A stretch of DNA of 63,749 bases, the filler included, from Craspedostauros australis (taxonomy: Eukaryota), in NCBI GenBank assembly GCA_030167865.1. It is 6 parts of 6 records of this genome, joined end to end, with 100 filler letters (N's around TTAATTAATTAA, not from the genome) between each part and the next. Parts side by side here need not be neighbours in the genome. Positions count along the whole stretch, not along the records: positions 1 to 3,253 come from JALAGF010003493.1; positions 3,354 to 6,553 come from JALAGF010003494.1; positions 6,654 to 36,108 come from JALAGF010003495.1; 3 more parts are not named here. The stretch is one strand, 5' to 3'. Below, piece after piece: positions 1-12,294 of the stretch. The first letter of the stretch is position 1; each line of letters starts with the position of its first letter. The position numbers and the translations under genes are program-made. The notes under the pieces were generated by a model. That model searched no databases. It saw nothing but the letters and a program-made list of their open reading frames with translations, and was not told where the DNA came from.

Positions 1-563
1 TGGTCTGGCTCATGGATGTGACCGATGATCTTGCTCGCATGTTCCTCCCATTTGAGCCACTTGAAAAGGAGGTTGGATGGGAACGTGGTGACGAAACGTT
101 CGCAATCAGAGGAGACCTGAGACGGAGTGCGGTCAAAGCCTCTCACACTTCCAATGATCATGTATCTCGCACCTTGCACACCCTTGTGGAGTTCTTGAGG
201 GTGGGGCTTCAACTTCTCTCTCATCGTGGCCTCATCCAGCTTGTGATTCCAGATCCCACGGTCGTTGAAGAGCACCTCGCATCGGATGGCATCGTAAAGG
301 ATCTTGTTGGCTGGCTTGGTGCCATCCTGACCATCCGTAAACTCAGAGTCGTAGGTGGCTTTGGCAGTTCGGTTCTTGGTGAGGATGGCATTGAGCTGCT
401 TGTCGAAGTCACTGAATGAGAGTGGCGATGCTGGATCAACCAGCTGCTTCTTCAGCTCGCTCAGAGCTTCATCGTTCGCCTTCAGGAATCGATATGGGTC
501 ACTCTCCGCCATGTTTTCTGCATGTGGTTTCGATTCACTGTGTGCGCTCATCTTCGTGTTCAT
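1..563 (-). CDS. Partial (5') second copy of the P-loop NTPase-like gene, running off the window start
   Basis: Reverse complement of 4158-4720. Confidence 0.6.
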   Translation of the reverse strand, partial: MNTKMSAHSESKPHAENMAESDPYRFLKANDEALSELKKQLVDPASPLSFSDFDKQLNAILTKNRTAKATYDSEFTDGQDGTKPANKILYDAIRCEVLFNDRGIWNHKLDEATMREKLKPHPQELHKGVQGARYMIIGSVRGFDRTPSQVSSDCERFVTTFPSNLLFKWLKWEEHASKIIGHIHEPD

Positions 564-1367
564 GGAGAGGCTGTATGGATGCATAGTGGGTGGCAAGAGG
601 ACAAGGGATGGTCGTTTCTGACCATCGTTGTTGCGGAGTCGTGAGTTTTGATGCGAGTGTGGCGAAGACAGGGGTCGTGAGAGCAGCCATGGCTCTGTGC
701 CAACGGCGTTGAATGATCTTCATGGTCAAGTCAGGGCAACAGCTGAGAGATGCATGATTGTGGACTTACAAGCGGATTGTATTTTGTGGGCTTTGTCTCT
801 GATGGGCTTTGTTGTTGTTGTTATTGTCGTTGGATGAGCGATGTGCGAATGATGGAGCGCCAAGGAGTGCTGCAAGTCTGGTACGAGTACGAGCATGATG
901 GCAGCATGTGTAGCAGGACGAGTATGGTAGGGTGTGGGGCAATGCGATGCAAGTCCGTGAGATGCGATGGATGGTGATGCGATGGATGGTGATGCGATGC
1001 ATGGTAACACACGGGAAGCGGCAGTCGAGTAATACAAGTGCCCAAGTTGTGAGACTTGAGCAACGGCTGTATCGTTTTGTGTCTGTATCTCTCTTCACTC
1101 GCACCTTGGTCTACTCGCAGAGTAAGACTGAACGTTGCGGCAGTATCGCACGAACCATTCACTTCCAACCGATCAAAGGAATTTCGGGTTTTTCTGGGAT
1201 CACAGGAAAACCTCAGTTGGAAGGATCTGATCAACACGGTCACTGCTCACCGTGGAAGGTGAAAGATGTCATGAGCAACATCTGATCGAGTACGAGTAGG
1301 TATAACATTGGTGGGAGTATCACCATGTGAAGAGCGTGGGTACTCATAGGAAGTGCAGTATGGTAAG
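1..1367. repeat. Inverted copy of 3354-4720 (upstream region plus 5' part of the P-loop NTPase-like gene)
   Basis: Position x pairs with 4721-x. The ORF track gives identical peptides on opposite strands (932..1285 + and 3436..3789 -; 12..419 + lies within 4302..4934 -). Confidence 0.95.
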
Positions 1368-1793
1368 CGTGCTCTATTGGATTGAGTTGACTCGTGTTGA
1401 ATCGGAGTGTACGTGCGTGTGTACGTTTGCCTGCTTCCTGCCGTTGCGCTGCAACGTGCCTCGTTGGCTGCACACCAGGTTTGTATTGAGATTTTGCAGT
1501 ACTGTTCCCATGTTTGTGAAAGGACCACGCTCTGAGCTCTAAGTATGGCATGATCGTGTGCACTCATCCTCGTTCTCTGGTGCTCCTTGTAGATACGTAG
1601 ATACGCACTGACACTTTACGAAAGTATGCGTGTGATGGAACGCCAAGCGGGTGTGCATGGAGTATCACAGCATCGAGTGTTATGATGGTCATGAAAATCG
1701 TGGACGACAGCGTATGGGTGACGGCTTGGCGTGCTCGCACTGGTGCTTGTGGGAGGTCTTGAGAATGCTCTCCTCTCCTCGACTCTACGAGCA

Positions 1794-1898
1794 TCATGGT
1801 TCGTATCGTCCAGATCTTGCGGCTGGGTTACCGCAGCTCTTGAGGTCCACCACAATGACAGAGAAGTTGTCTGTTGAACCGCAGGATCTGTGTTGTCG

Positions 1899-1929
<31 letters not shown>

Positions 1930-3253
1930 GGAAGGGTGATGGAAGTAGCGCAAGAATGAATGGAAAGGCGAGGGGTGTGAGATGAGTCGAATCAAGTTGA
2001 AATGCGGGGTAGTGCTGTGTTTGTTGCGCATAGCTTGCGAGAGATTGATGGACTTACTTGGCATGTTCACAAAGATTTCTGGCTGCCCACTTGAACCGGT
2101 TGGTGTCGATCTGCAGCTTGCCGTCCTCCATGACGCACGATGATGCGATGACGACATGCGCCGCCTCTTCGTTGTCCATGACATCCCAGATACCATCTGA
2201 TGATAATATGAGGAACCAATCATCCTTTCCGATGTCGTACTCGCAGACCTCTGGCTCTGCCGTGACGTAGGGTTTGAGCGAGGCATCGCCAACGCTGCGT
2301 GACACGGCCAGCAATCCCTCGACGCGCCATCGACCCCAATAGATGACGCGACCGCCCAGGTCTGATATTCTCCTCGTCTCGTCTGGCATTCCGGGCTTGT
2401 GATCTCGGCTGAGCCTGACCACGGTTCCGTCCCGTCGCACCACGATGGCTCTGGAATCTCCCGCGTTGGCGCACACGATCCGTCTGCCTCCCACCAATGT
2501 GACGGCGCACGACGTTGAGCCGTCTGGATTGCCGGTGGCGACAAAGTCTTCGTCAATGGCGTTGAATGCATTCTTCATGGCGTAGCCCAGATCGAAGGGA
2601 TACGCCTCCTCGTTGCGCACGTACGATGACAGCCAGTCCGCGCAGTACTGGCTCGCCTTCTCTCCCCCGTGACCATCGTAGACACCGACCCATGTGAGCG
2701 GCATCTTGAGACGTCTGTTCTTGCGGTTGCCAAAGGTGACCTCCACCCCTGCGTCGGCCTCCGTTGGGTTGCGCACAGCCACAGGACTGATCTCTACCTG
2801 CACAGCGCCCATGTCCTCAATTGAATATCTGCGTAGAGTATAGTGTGTACGAGTTGAATGGGTGTTGTGTGGTATCGCATGGCGTTGTGTAGCATCATCG
2901 TGTAGTGACGCAGTGATGGTTGATTGGAGCAGAAAATCCGACAGAGTGGAGTGGAGCGGAGAAAAGAGTAGATGGATGGTTCATGTGAGATGATCGTTGA
3001 CGGGCAGAGTACGCAGAGTAGAGCAAGTGATTGATTCAACGAGGGATTAAACCAGAGCGACCTTGGTTTGACATTGGTTTCGCTTGGGCAGCAGAGATAT
3101 GAAACGGGATATGTATGTACGTATGGGTACATTGCACGTTGCACGTGGCACACGCATACACTCACCTGTCTTCCATGTAATTCCTGCAGCCCGTGTCACT
3201 CCAGTGACTGACGTTGATATGAATGTTGTTGGGCCGCAGCTGGCGGCGTTCCA
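1794..3253 (-). CDS. Protein phosphatase 2C (PPM family), 5' end lost in a gap; exons 3166-3253, 2058-2828, 1794-1887
   Basis: Spliced motifs GCRNYMEDR, GVYDGHGG, ANAGDSRA, DHKP, LAVSRSVGD, SSDGIWDV and GSTDNFSVIVVDL. GT-AG introns 2829-3165 and 1888-2057 keep the frame. Confidence 0.93.
1897..1929. repeat. (TTG)n microsatellite in a PP2C intron
   Basis: About 10 tandem GTT units. Confidence 0.9.
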
Positions 3254-3353
3254 NNNNNNNNNNNNNNNNNNNNNNNNNNNNNNNNNNNNNNNNNNNNTTA
3301 ATTAATTAANNNNNNNNNNNNNNNNNNNNNNNNNNNNNNNNNNNNNNNNNNNN
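3254..3353. other. Assembly gap with synthetic six-frame stop linker (44 N + TTAATTAATTAA + 44 N)
   Basis: The same 100-nt structure recurs at 6554-6653, 36109-36208, 43118-43217 and 53826-53925. Confidence 0.97.
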
Positions 3354-4720
3354 CTTACCATACTGCACTTCCTATGAGTACCCACGCTCTTCACATGGTG
3401 ATACTCCCACCAATGTTATACCTACTCGTACTCGATCAGATGTTGCTCATGACATCTTTCACCTTCCACGGTGAGCAGTGACCGTGTTGATCAGATCCTT
3501 CCAACTGAGGTTTTCCTGTGATCCCAGAAAAACCCGAAATTCCTTTGATCGGTTGGAAGTGAATGGTTCGTGCGATACTGCCGCAACGTTCAGTCTTACT
3601 CTGCGAGTAGACCAAGGTGCGAGTGAAGAGAGATACAGACACAAAACGATACAGCCGTTGCTCAAGTCTCACAACTTGGGCACTTGTATTACTCGACTGC
3701 CGCTTCCCGTGTGTTACCATGCATCGCATCACCATCCATCGCATCACCATCCATCGCATCTCACGGACTTGCATCGCATTGCCCCACACCCTACCATACT
3801 CGTCCTGCTACACATGCTGCCATCATGCTCGTACTCGTACCAGACTTGCAGCACTCCTTGGCGCTCCATCATTCGCACATCGCTCATCCAACGACAATAA
3901 CAACAACAACAAAGCCCATCAGAGACAAAGCCCACAAAATACAATCCGCTTGTAAGTCCACAATCATGCATCTCTCAGCTGTTGCCCTGACTTGACCATG
4001 AAGATCATTCAACGCCGTTGGCACAGAGCCATGGCTGCTCTCACGACCCCTGTCTTCGCCACACTCGCATCAAAACTCACGACTCCGCAACAACGATGGT
4101 CAGAAACGACCATCCCTTGTCCTCTTGCCACCCACTATGCATCCATACAGCCTCTCCATGAACACGAAGATGAGCGCACACAGTGAATCGAAACCACATG
4201 CAGAAAACATGGCGGAGAGTGACCCATATCGATTCCTGAAGGCGAACGATGAAGCTCTGAGCGAGCTGAAGAAGCAGCTGGTTGATCCAGCATCGCCACT
4301 CTCATTCAGTGACTTCGACAAGCAGCTCAATGCCATCCTCACCAAGAACCGAACTGCCAAAGCCACCTACGACTCTGAGTTTACGGATGGTCAGGATGGC
4401 ACCAAGCCAGCCAACAAGATCCTTTACGATGCCATCCGATGCGAGGTGCTCTTCAACGACCGTGGGATCTGGAATCACAAGCTGGATGAGGCCACGATGA
4501 GAGAGAAGTTGAAGCCCCACCCTCAAGAACTCCACAAGGGTGTGCAAGGTGCGAGATACATGATCATTGGAAGTGTGAGAGGCTTTGACCGCACTCCGTC
4601 TCAGGTCTCCTCTGATTGCGAACGTTTCGTCACCACGTTCCCATCCAACCTCCTTTTCAAGTGGCTCAAATGGGAGGAACATGCGAGCAAGATCATCGGT
4701 CACATCCATGAGCCAGACCA
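3354..4720. repeat. Inverted copy of 1-1367
   Basis: Starts exactly at the contig edge after the linker gap. Confidence 0.95.
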
Positions 4721-6553
4721 CAGCAGCAAGGCTGATACGGCTGATACAGCAAGCCCCGTTGAGGTGGTCAAGCTCCCACCGAAGCAAGTTGTGAAACCGC
4801 CGGTGTCCTTTCCACCCCGGTATCTTGAGATTCGCGTTGGGCCTAAATACTGGACAACTACCGAGACAACGAGCTACATTGGAGAAGGCGATTCGAGGCT
4901 CGAGAAGTGTATCAATGGGCTGAGCCCTCCGCACTTGGATCGGACAGACTGGTCAGATTACAGCGGCCAAATTCCCAAAATGTTTGTGTACCTTTCTGCA
5001 AGCGGCACAGGGAAGAGCATCGATCTCGCAGCGAGCTCCTACCTTCACAAATGCTGTTTGACTATGATGCTGAGCATCAAGGAAGACATTCCTGCGTGCA
5101 AGGACGGCGATAGGGACTCCGACCAAGTTCTCGAGTTCCTGAAAAAGCACATCCATGAAGTTGCAAAGAAACATCCCAAAGTCATCAAGAAGCTGAACAA
5201 ACAGTTGGCTGTCATGGATGAAAGCACCAAGATCAAGAGAAGCATGAGATGCGACCCAGACACCGCATGCGAACAATTCACTTTCATGATCGCGATTGAC
5301 AATGCATACCACCTGACAAACCTTGTCAATATGATCGCGAGATGCATCCACGAAGAATATTTTGAACGTCAACTCGCAGAATACATCTCGGAGGGCTGTG
5401 GTGGCGCCGTGGCACAGCAGGAACTTAGAACTGTGGAGTTTTGGCAATACAAAGTACAATTCGCCGTCGTGACGAATGGCGTAGTCGAAGAGCTGCAATG
5501 GAAACATCGAAGTCAAGTTGAATACACCCAACCATGTGCCATTCGAAAACCTGAAACGACTTACAACGGCATGTGCGAACAGTACAAACATGATAAAGGT
5601 CGATACCCTTCTTGGGAAGACCTGAGTGAGCACCCCATCCTGAAGGTCATCGTGATGAACAATCCAACGATGGCATCGATCATGCTGTCCGCGCTCTGTT
5701 CCACAACAGCACAGTGCTACCAAACGCCTGCAGGACAGGATGCGCTCATCTCCACCGTGCTCCACAACTTCATGCAGACCAATGAGATGCAAGCACTGTT
5801 GGACCAACCTGGGGATCGGGCAAGGGTGGCAGCACGAGTACTCGCCACCCATCTATTCCAGTCGAGGTACACAGGGAAGCATTCGTACAAAACTGCTTGC
5901 ATGATGGCGCATGATATGGAGTACAGTATCGATTTGGAGATCTTCGATGATGAAGACAAGTATCCAATGCGAGAGCTTGCCCATCACTACAAGATGACAA
6001 CACCATCTCCATTCACAGATCGTGCTTGGGAATATTATGAAATCGCATGTCGTTTACCATTCGAAGTTGATCCCGCAATGCAGCTCCTATGTATTTGGAT
6101 GCTGGTGGGATGCAGGGATGAGAGTTCGTTGGAAGGATCTTTGGCAGACACGTCTCTTGCGTCCAGGTCGATGGCGAGCACCCTTGTCAGCTGTGCCATC
6201 ATGTCCTCCATGGCGGTGAAGGAAATGAGCCGACCTGAAATGAAGACTATTCTGTGGCACACTCTCGGAATGCATGCCAACATAGACCACGACTGGCGCC
6301 GACATAGCATAGATGATGAAAATGTCAAGAGAAGCAAGGCGCAGGTGGTCCTTGGCCCCCTTGACGGCGTCATTCCCATTTCTGCGCCATCCGACTTTGA
6401 TCATCTCGCGATGTACTTTGAGAAGGATGGAATGACCAAGACTGGTCGGGATGGCTCGGATGCGAAGGAAGCCGTGATTATCGACGTATCGTCCTTGAAG
6501 ACAGGAAGAGAAGGATGCAGACTCTACAGCCCCCTGTTCAAGAGCATCATATC
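4158..6553 (+). CDS. Large intronless protein with a P-loop NTPase-like domain (possibly Crinkler/RHS-type), 3' end in a gap
   Basis: About 800 open codons. Walker A-like MFVYLSASGTGKS and Walker B-like FMIAIDNA. Confidence 0.6.
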
Positions 6554-6653
6554 NNNNNNNNNNNNNNNNNNNNNNNNNNNNNNNNNNNNNNNNNNNNTTA
6601 ATTAATTAANNNNNNNNNNNNNNNNNNNNNNNNNNNNNNNNNNNNNNNNNNNN
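6554..6653. other. Assembly gap with linker
   Basis: N-run containing TTAATTAATTAA. Confidence 0.97.
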
Positions 6654-7052
6654 CATGCCTCACGACGATCCGCAATCGGCGTGATGGGTGTCCGATCTGC
6701 CGCGCAAGGATTGTGACGATTGCGTCCCGCGCTATCGCGAGAGTGTCATGATCGAGTGTTGGCCGTGCAGCAATACAGGATGTTCCTCAGCATCAATGGC
6801 AGCATTCATCGTTCTCCAGTCACTCGGAACCAATGATTCATTCCTTACAACTATATATCGCAATATGTACGTACTACCTACGGAGTAAAATGCCATGGCG
6901 GTTGAATACCAACACCAATGTGTATGGCACTGTCACGGAGTAATTGGTGTGTCTTCATCACGAGTCGTAGCCAGCGCCATCAACTCTTGATGTGCGATTC
7001 ATAGAATGCGCCTTTCACAGTCCACCAGGCAACCAACCAATCATTCAACGGA

Positions 7053-8315
7053 CTAGTCATGGCAAATGGCTTTCCCTGCGTCAACAATTGCAGGGATCTG
7101 ATACCAGTGCTTCGCGAGGGCAGCCGTGACATGACCTCCCAACAACCACTGTACCGGGAACGCTACGGTCTTCGTGCTCACAGCGCCCTTCTCCAAGATC
7201 TCAACAAACGGCTCTGAATACTTCCTCGTGATGATATGATCGTGCTGCCCGGATATCATGCGCAAGGCTCCAAGGCTCAATCGTGAATCAACTTGATCCA
7301 AGCTGGCACCTTCGACCTCCAGCAACTGCTTACGATGATCGCTAAGGATGTTGGCCATGATGGTCAGATTGAACTTCAAAAAGACATCAAGAGTTGCCGC
7401 CTTGAGTTCCTGCCGAGTGAGGGACTTGTGTTTGTCATCATCGTGAAGCGCATCCCAATCGACGGAGGGCTGCAAAATACTATCAGGCAAGACGGCGGGC
7501 GTCCCGCTGCCAACATATGGGATGCATGCAATGTGCTGACCCGGGATACCTGCGAACATGCACGTGATGCTGACCAGCGAAGACATGGCAGCACCCCAGG
7601 AAAAGCCTGTGACGCAGATTCGCCGCGAGTTGCTCTTGCCTTCGGAGTAGAAGTACCATGCCAAGGCTGAGGCTTCGTTGACAATGGCAATAGTTTGAAG
7701 GAAGAAGTCTTTGACGTTGTTGATGAAGAAGAGCTTTTGGTCCTTCGGCATGCGAGCAGCGTAGAATGGTGCTGTGATGATGACGCTTGACCATCCGTGG
7801 TCTCTTGCCAACCGATTGGCCATTGCCAGACGTTCGGTCTTGCCGGCTTCGCCTGTGGCAGGCATCATGATGACGACGACTTCATGCGATGGTTTGTTCG
7901 CCTTGAGATTGTCCAAGGTTAGAGCTGTTGGCTTCACATAGTAGAAGCGACATTGCCTTGTCCCCTTCGGCAGAGCATGTTGCATTGGACTCATGAACTT
8001 TCCCAACTGAACAGAGATGACATCGTTGCTCAGCTTCTTCTTGGATGCTTCGTCCCATTCGATCTTGTCCTTCATGCCTGGATAAAGCGCGCCCTTGTCA
8101 TCGGCGCTGCTGGCATCATCTGGCTTGACGGAGATCTTGGCATCGGCAAGCCTCTTGTAGAATGCGTCGGACTCTTTGAGGGCGTAGTCCGTGTCATCCC
8201 ATCCATCCTTGAAGAACTTGGGCAGGGAGACGCACGGCAATCGAACGAGAACGCAGTACGCGAGGTCGATGACACCCAGCCACCAGCTCAAGCTGAGAAT
8301 ATCCACAGTACCCAT
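7053..8315 (-). CDS. Alpha/beta hydrolase, ABHD18/DUF2048-like (copy 1)
   Basis: KFFKDGW N-terminal motif, MPATGE, TAPFYAAR, nucleophile elbow TGFSWG, D in QHDHII, His in GGHVTA. Confidence 0.8.
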   Translation of the reverse strand: MGTVDILSLSWWLGVIDLAYCVLVRLPCVSLPKFFKDGWDDTDYALKESDAFYKRLADAKISVKPDDASSADDKGALYPGMKDKIEWDEASKKKLSNDVISVQLGKFMSPMQHALPKGTRQCRFYYVKPTALTLDNLKANKPSHEVVVIMMPATGEAGKTERLAMANRLARDHGWSSVIITAPFYAARMPKDQKLFFINNVKDFFLQTIAIVNEASALAWYFYSEGKSNSRRICVTGFSWGAAMSSLVSITCMFAGIPGQHIACIPYVGSGTPAVLPDSILQPSVDWDALHDDDKHKSLTRQELKAATLDVFLKFNLTIMANILSDHRKQLLEVEGASLDQVDSRLSLGALRMISGQHDHIITRKYSEPFVEILEKGAVSTKTVAFPVQWLLGGHVTAALAKHWYQIPAIVDAGKAICHD

Positions 8316-8868
8316 TGTCCGCGCTTTACGTCGTTGGCTTGTTCGTTGGATGGGATGGGAAGGAAGTGGGAGGCGTTGCGATTTATGATACTGGACCATC
8401 CATCCAATCGATGATGTTGGATGTTTGTGTTGCTTTCCTTTGCTTTGGGGTGGCTGGTCACATGAGGATCATCGATCTTCGCACTGCAAAACAATGCCGC
8501 TACCATTTCCGTTCATCCAAGGACGAAGTGGACGTCCTCATCCATGCCATGTGCGCAGGGAGGAATGATGAAGTGATCCTGGATGTTCCCGTCGCCAGGA
8601 AGGGGCGGTTTACATTGGTTGGAGGAAAAGGTATCTTCGGAGTTGCAATCGCTCCAGCCGATGCCGAATTTGTGTTTGACTAATTGGACTCGACAGCCTT
8701 CCCGCCAAAACAGAAACGACGCACACAATCGACTTCTTTCGGTCTTCACGCTTTTGAGACTGTGAGCGACCGCAAAAGACCTGACCCCGCACAAGTCAAC
8801 TCGCAGCAACTCGCAGCAACTTGGAGTGACAGAAAGCGATACTCTACTATACTCTGCTGAAAACGAAG

Positions 8869-9611
8869 ATGCCGTTCCTGAAAAGCTTCCGCGCGTGTTG
8901 GTTGGTCGTTCTCCTGACCATCTTTGATGGCGCATTGTGCGCAACGCTGAGCACCGGAGTTGATGTAGACCAATTCGTCCAAGCGAAGATTGCAGACCAT
9001 GAGGTAAGTGGAAGTGTCGGGCGGTTCGGTGCTGAGGGTGAGGCTGCATGGTGAGGCTGTTGGTCATGCATCGCATGTTCACACAGAGATGAGCAACAAC
9101 GAGCAACCAGATGTGGAAGAAGCGGTGCTGAAATAGACAAGCTTGAGTTCGTTGTCCTTCCTCTTCATTGCTGTTCCCGCATTCGTTTTCTCAATCCGAT
9201 TGCCGCATCTCACCGCATCTTTTCGCCTCGCACTTCACCACCACCATCATCAACAATAACAATGCACGATGCAACTATCGGATCGACCGCCCCCATCGCC
9301 TCTCAAACCTCATTCAGGTCATGGTGTTCGCCAAATCTTACTGTCCATATTGCCGACGCGCGAAGCACTTGCTGAAGGAGATGCAACAAACGATCGATGT
9401 GGAGGTGGAGTACATGAATTTGGATACGCTGCAAGGCAACGATGGTCCGCTGATTCAAAAGTCACTGTTGGATTTGACAGGCCAACGCACCGTGCCGAAC
9501 ATCTTCATCGGACATGAGCACGTGGGTGGCAATTCGGAAATTCAGCAACTGAATGCTGCGGATCGATTGGAAACCATGCTGCTGGAAGCATCCAATACTG
9601 AGGAGCTGTAG
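8869..9611 (+). CDS. CPYC dithiol glutaredoxin with signal peptide; exons 8869-9003 and 9318-9611
   Basis: KSYCPYC, GQRTVPNIFIG and VGG motifs. Intron gtaagt...ttcag is in frame. Hydrophobic N-terminus; C-terminus TEEL. Confidence 0.92.
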
Positions 9612-9965
9612 AGTGGGATGGAATATATGACGCAGACTCGCGAGGAACGAAATGCAAAGTGAGCGAAGGCTGTGTGATGTGGGGTCGGACAGTTGGGATT
9701 CAGGCAATCACGAGATTTGCTCATTCGGTCGTTAGCACGTCAAACACCGAAATTAGAGACGGCGATCCTATTTTCGCATTATTTGTGCCGACGTGCCTGT
9801 TGAACGGAGGGTACCATGCTGTACACCCGCCGAGCAGGCGAAGCGACAGCATCTTCCAAACTCGCGTTGCACCAACCCGAGTACGCGTACACATTAGCTC
9901 GAAGCAGACGCCTCATATAATACATGTTTGTGCCATCCCTCCTTCGCTGCTACTGCTGATGATCA

Positions 9966-10664
9966 TCAGGCCTCTGTTTCCTTGCGCCTAGATCTGGCAT
10001 ACCGCTTCCGTATCCGTTGATGCCACGGCTGCGGTGTTGCCTGCTGCCGCTTCGTCTCCAATGCAATCTTCAACCATTCATCTTGCGTGCGTGCCGCATC
10101 GTCCGCGGTTTGCCGTCGCTGATGGCTGTTTCGATCACGGTACGATTGCTGGACGCGCTCGTTCTCCAACTTTCGGATCCACGCCTGCTCCTTACGCTGC
10201 GCATCATCCTGCGGCTCAGGTCGCTTTGTGACGGCTGCTGCTTGCTGCAGCATAGAATCTTGCGATCGCGTTGCGTTTTCTTGGATGTCGTTCGCAATGT
10301 CATCGCAGTCCATTGGAATGATAGCCTCATCATTATGATCGTCGTGATCGACAGTGGTCATAGGTGCATCCACAAACAGAAAGGATTGCTGCTCCAGCCG
10401 CCCATCGTCGTCCCCGTCCTCATTCTCGTCGTCACCCTCGTTGTCTCCGTCAGCCCCTGCCCCAGCTCCGTCGTCATGCTGCGATTTGACACCTGCTGAT
10501 GTCCCCTTGCCACCTTCGACGATGCCATCATTTCCACCCTTCCTGCGCTGCGCCCAGAATCGTTTCTGCGGCACGAGCGCACCCTGTTCAAACTGCTGTG
10601 CGTCATTGGAACGGAAGAATCGTATCATGGTCGTTTTGTGCTTTGTGTCGACGGGAGGTGACAT
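9966..10664 (-). CDS. Hypothetical protein (acidic middle, coiled-coil-like C-terminus); start uncertain
   Basis: Long ORF with gene-like composition and no recognised motif. Confidence 0.5.
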   Translation of the reverse strand: MSPPVDTKHKTTMIRFFRSNDAQQFEQGALVPQKRFWAQRRKGGNDGIVEGGKGTSAGVKSQHDDGAGAGADGDNEGDDENEDGDDDGRLEQQSFLFVDAPMTTVDHDDHNDEAIIPMDCDDIANDIQENATRSQDSMLQQAAAVTKRPEPQDDAQRKEQAWIRKLENERVQQSYRDRNSHQRRQTADDAARTQDEWLKIALETKRQQATPQPWHQRIRKRYARSRRKETEA

Positions 10665-12294
10665 GTCGGATGGTGTTGCGTTGGATGACTTTCGAGAGTG
10701 ATGAGCGTTGCACGACGGCGAACAAACCTTCGTCCTGCGCACATTGTCCGATAACATCCAGTTGACACTAACGGACGTTATAGACGGACAATAATGACCC
10801 CGGTCACGGTTGTTCATAAATGTTGACTGAATATTGTCACTCGAGACATTCTGCGATCACAGCCAATAATTCAAATTCTCCCACAAATTGGACAGGTGGG
10901 CTTGTGGCGGGTGACATTCTCCTGTGCAGTTGTTGCTGTTTGCGCACACGAAAAGATACAAAAGGTGAGTGAGTATGAGAATGGTCGATGGTGGTGACGT
11001 CGTTGGTCATGGGTGATGCCACAATGTCATGTGAGCACCACAGTCGTACGTGGAGCAATCAGGATCGCGTGAGGTTATCCGCAGCTCGTAGTCGCAGAGT
11101 GAGGAGGTTTGAACGAGAGACGCTTTGTAGTTGGATGTTGCCTGTCGCATGTTTGATGTTGGACGAGTGATGCAGATTATTGATAGCCAGATCATAGAAT
11201 AAAATCTTGCTCCAATTTATGTATACAACATTTTGGCGCCATCTTCCCGTTGGCTGCGCGTATCGTGCCAAAAGGGATGTTGTTTGTTTTTTGTCATCAT
11301 CCCGCCACATGAGAACGATACTGGTGGAGGGTGGATACCAGTTTGCGGTGGTACGACTATTCGTGTTGTGGCTGTGTCGGTCTTGATGTGAGACAAAATG
11401 AATCGTGGATGTGCATTTTTTACGCTTGCTGCGTCTCGCGTGTTGTGCGAACAGCGTGCCTACTCCACGGTTGATTTGGTCAGGGGTCTGTTGGATTTTG
11501 CGATGGTTGGGCTATTGCCATGGGCTCAATACTTAGCCTTCGCAAGAGGCCAATACCGCACAAAGCGCGCCATGCAAGAACGCATGTGCGACCCTCCATG
11601 GCGTGACAACACGCAACAACACGCAACGACAGCGAAATCGCTGGCGTTGTCACAGGCCAAAGGATGAAATACAACCACCAGCCACAGCAAGACCAACACG
11701 CAGCGCAGAGGCAGAAATCACAGTTGCGAAGCGAAACAGAGAGAGAGACAAAGAGAGAAGGAACGAAATAAACCAACCAACCAACAGAGCAGACGTTGAC
11801 ATCCATCGCATCATCATCTGAGCCTCCCCTGTTCGGCAAATCCATTTTTAAACAACCAGTGAACAAGAACAGACGCGGAATTGAGTGGGAGAAAGAAGAC
11901 AAGGGCGGTTATCTACGAGTAGTTCATGAGAGTTCCCTTGAGGGTATTGGTACTTGCATCCAACCTTGTTCTCTGTCCCGCGATCTTGTGCCATTTGACT
12001 TGTTTCTTTCCTGTGATTGATCCATCCGTTCTCGCAAGGACAGAGACCAATACCAACTCTTGTCGAAGCCAGAATCCGGCTCAGGCGCAGGCAATCGCTC
12101 GCAACGCGCCAAAGCACAAGACAACTCGCTCCATCCACCACAAAAGAACAAGCAAGTGCCGAATACTCCCACCTTCTCCAGCACTCTACTCCTCTCATCT
12201 CCATCCCACTCACATACCAGCGCAACCCAACGCAAGGCAGACGCAACACAATAGTCGTAAGCAAACGCAATAGCAGGACACAACAACTCCAATC

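Noticed and set aside
1310..1565. GGTGGGAG|TATCA purine tract suggesting a Copia LTR start (similar tract near 41060-41075 on the minus strand)
   Set aside because: No matching LTR end, TSD or retroelement coding motif could be supported.
3298..3309. TTAATTAATTAA as a piggyBac TTAA target or a biological repeat (five occurrences)
   Set aside because: Always centred in an exact 44N-12-44N spacer. It is a synthetic six-frame-stop scaffolding linker.
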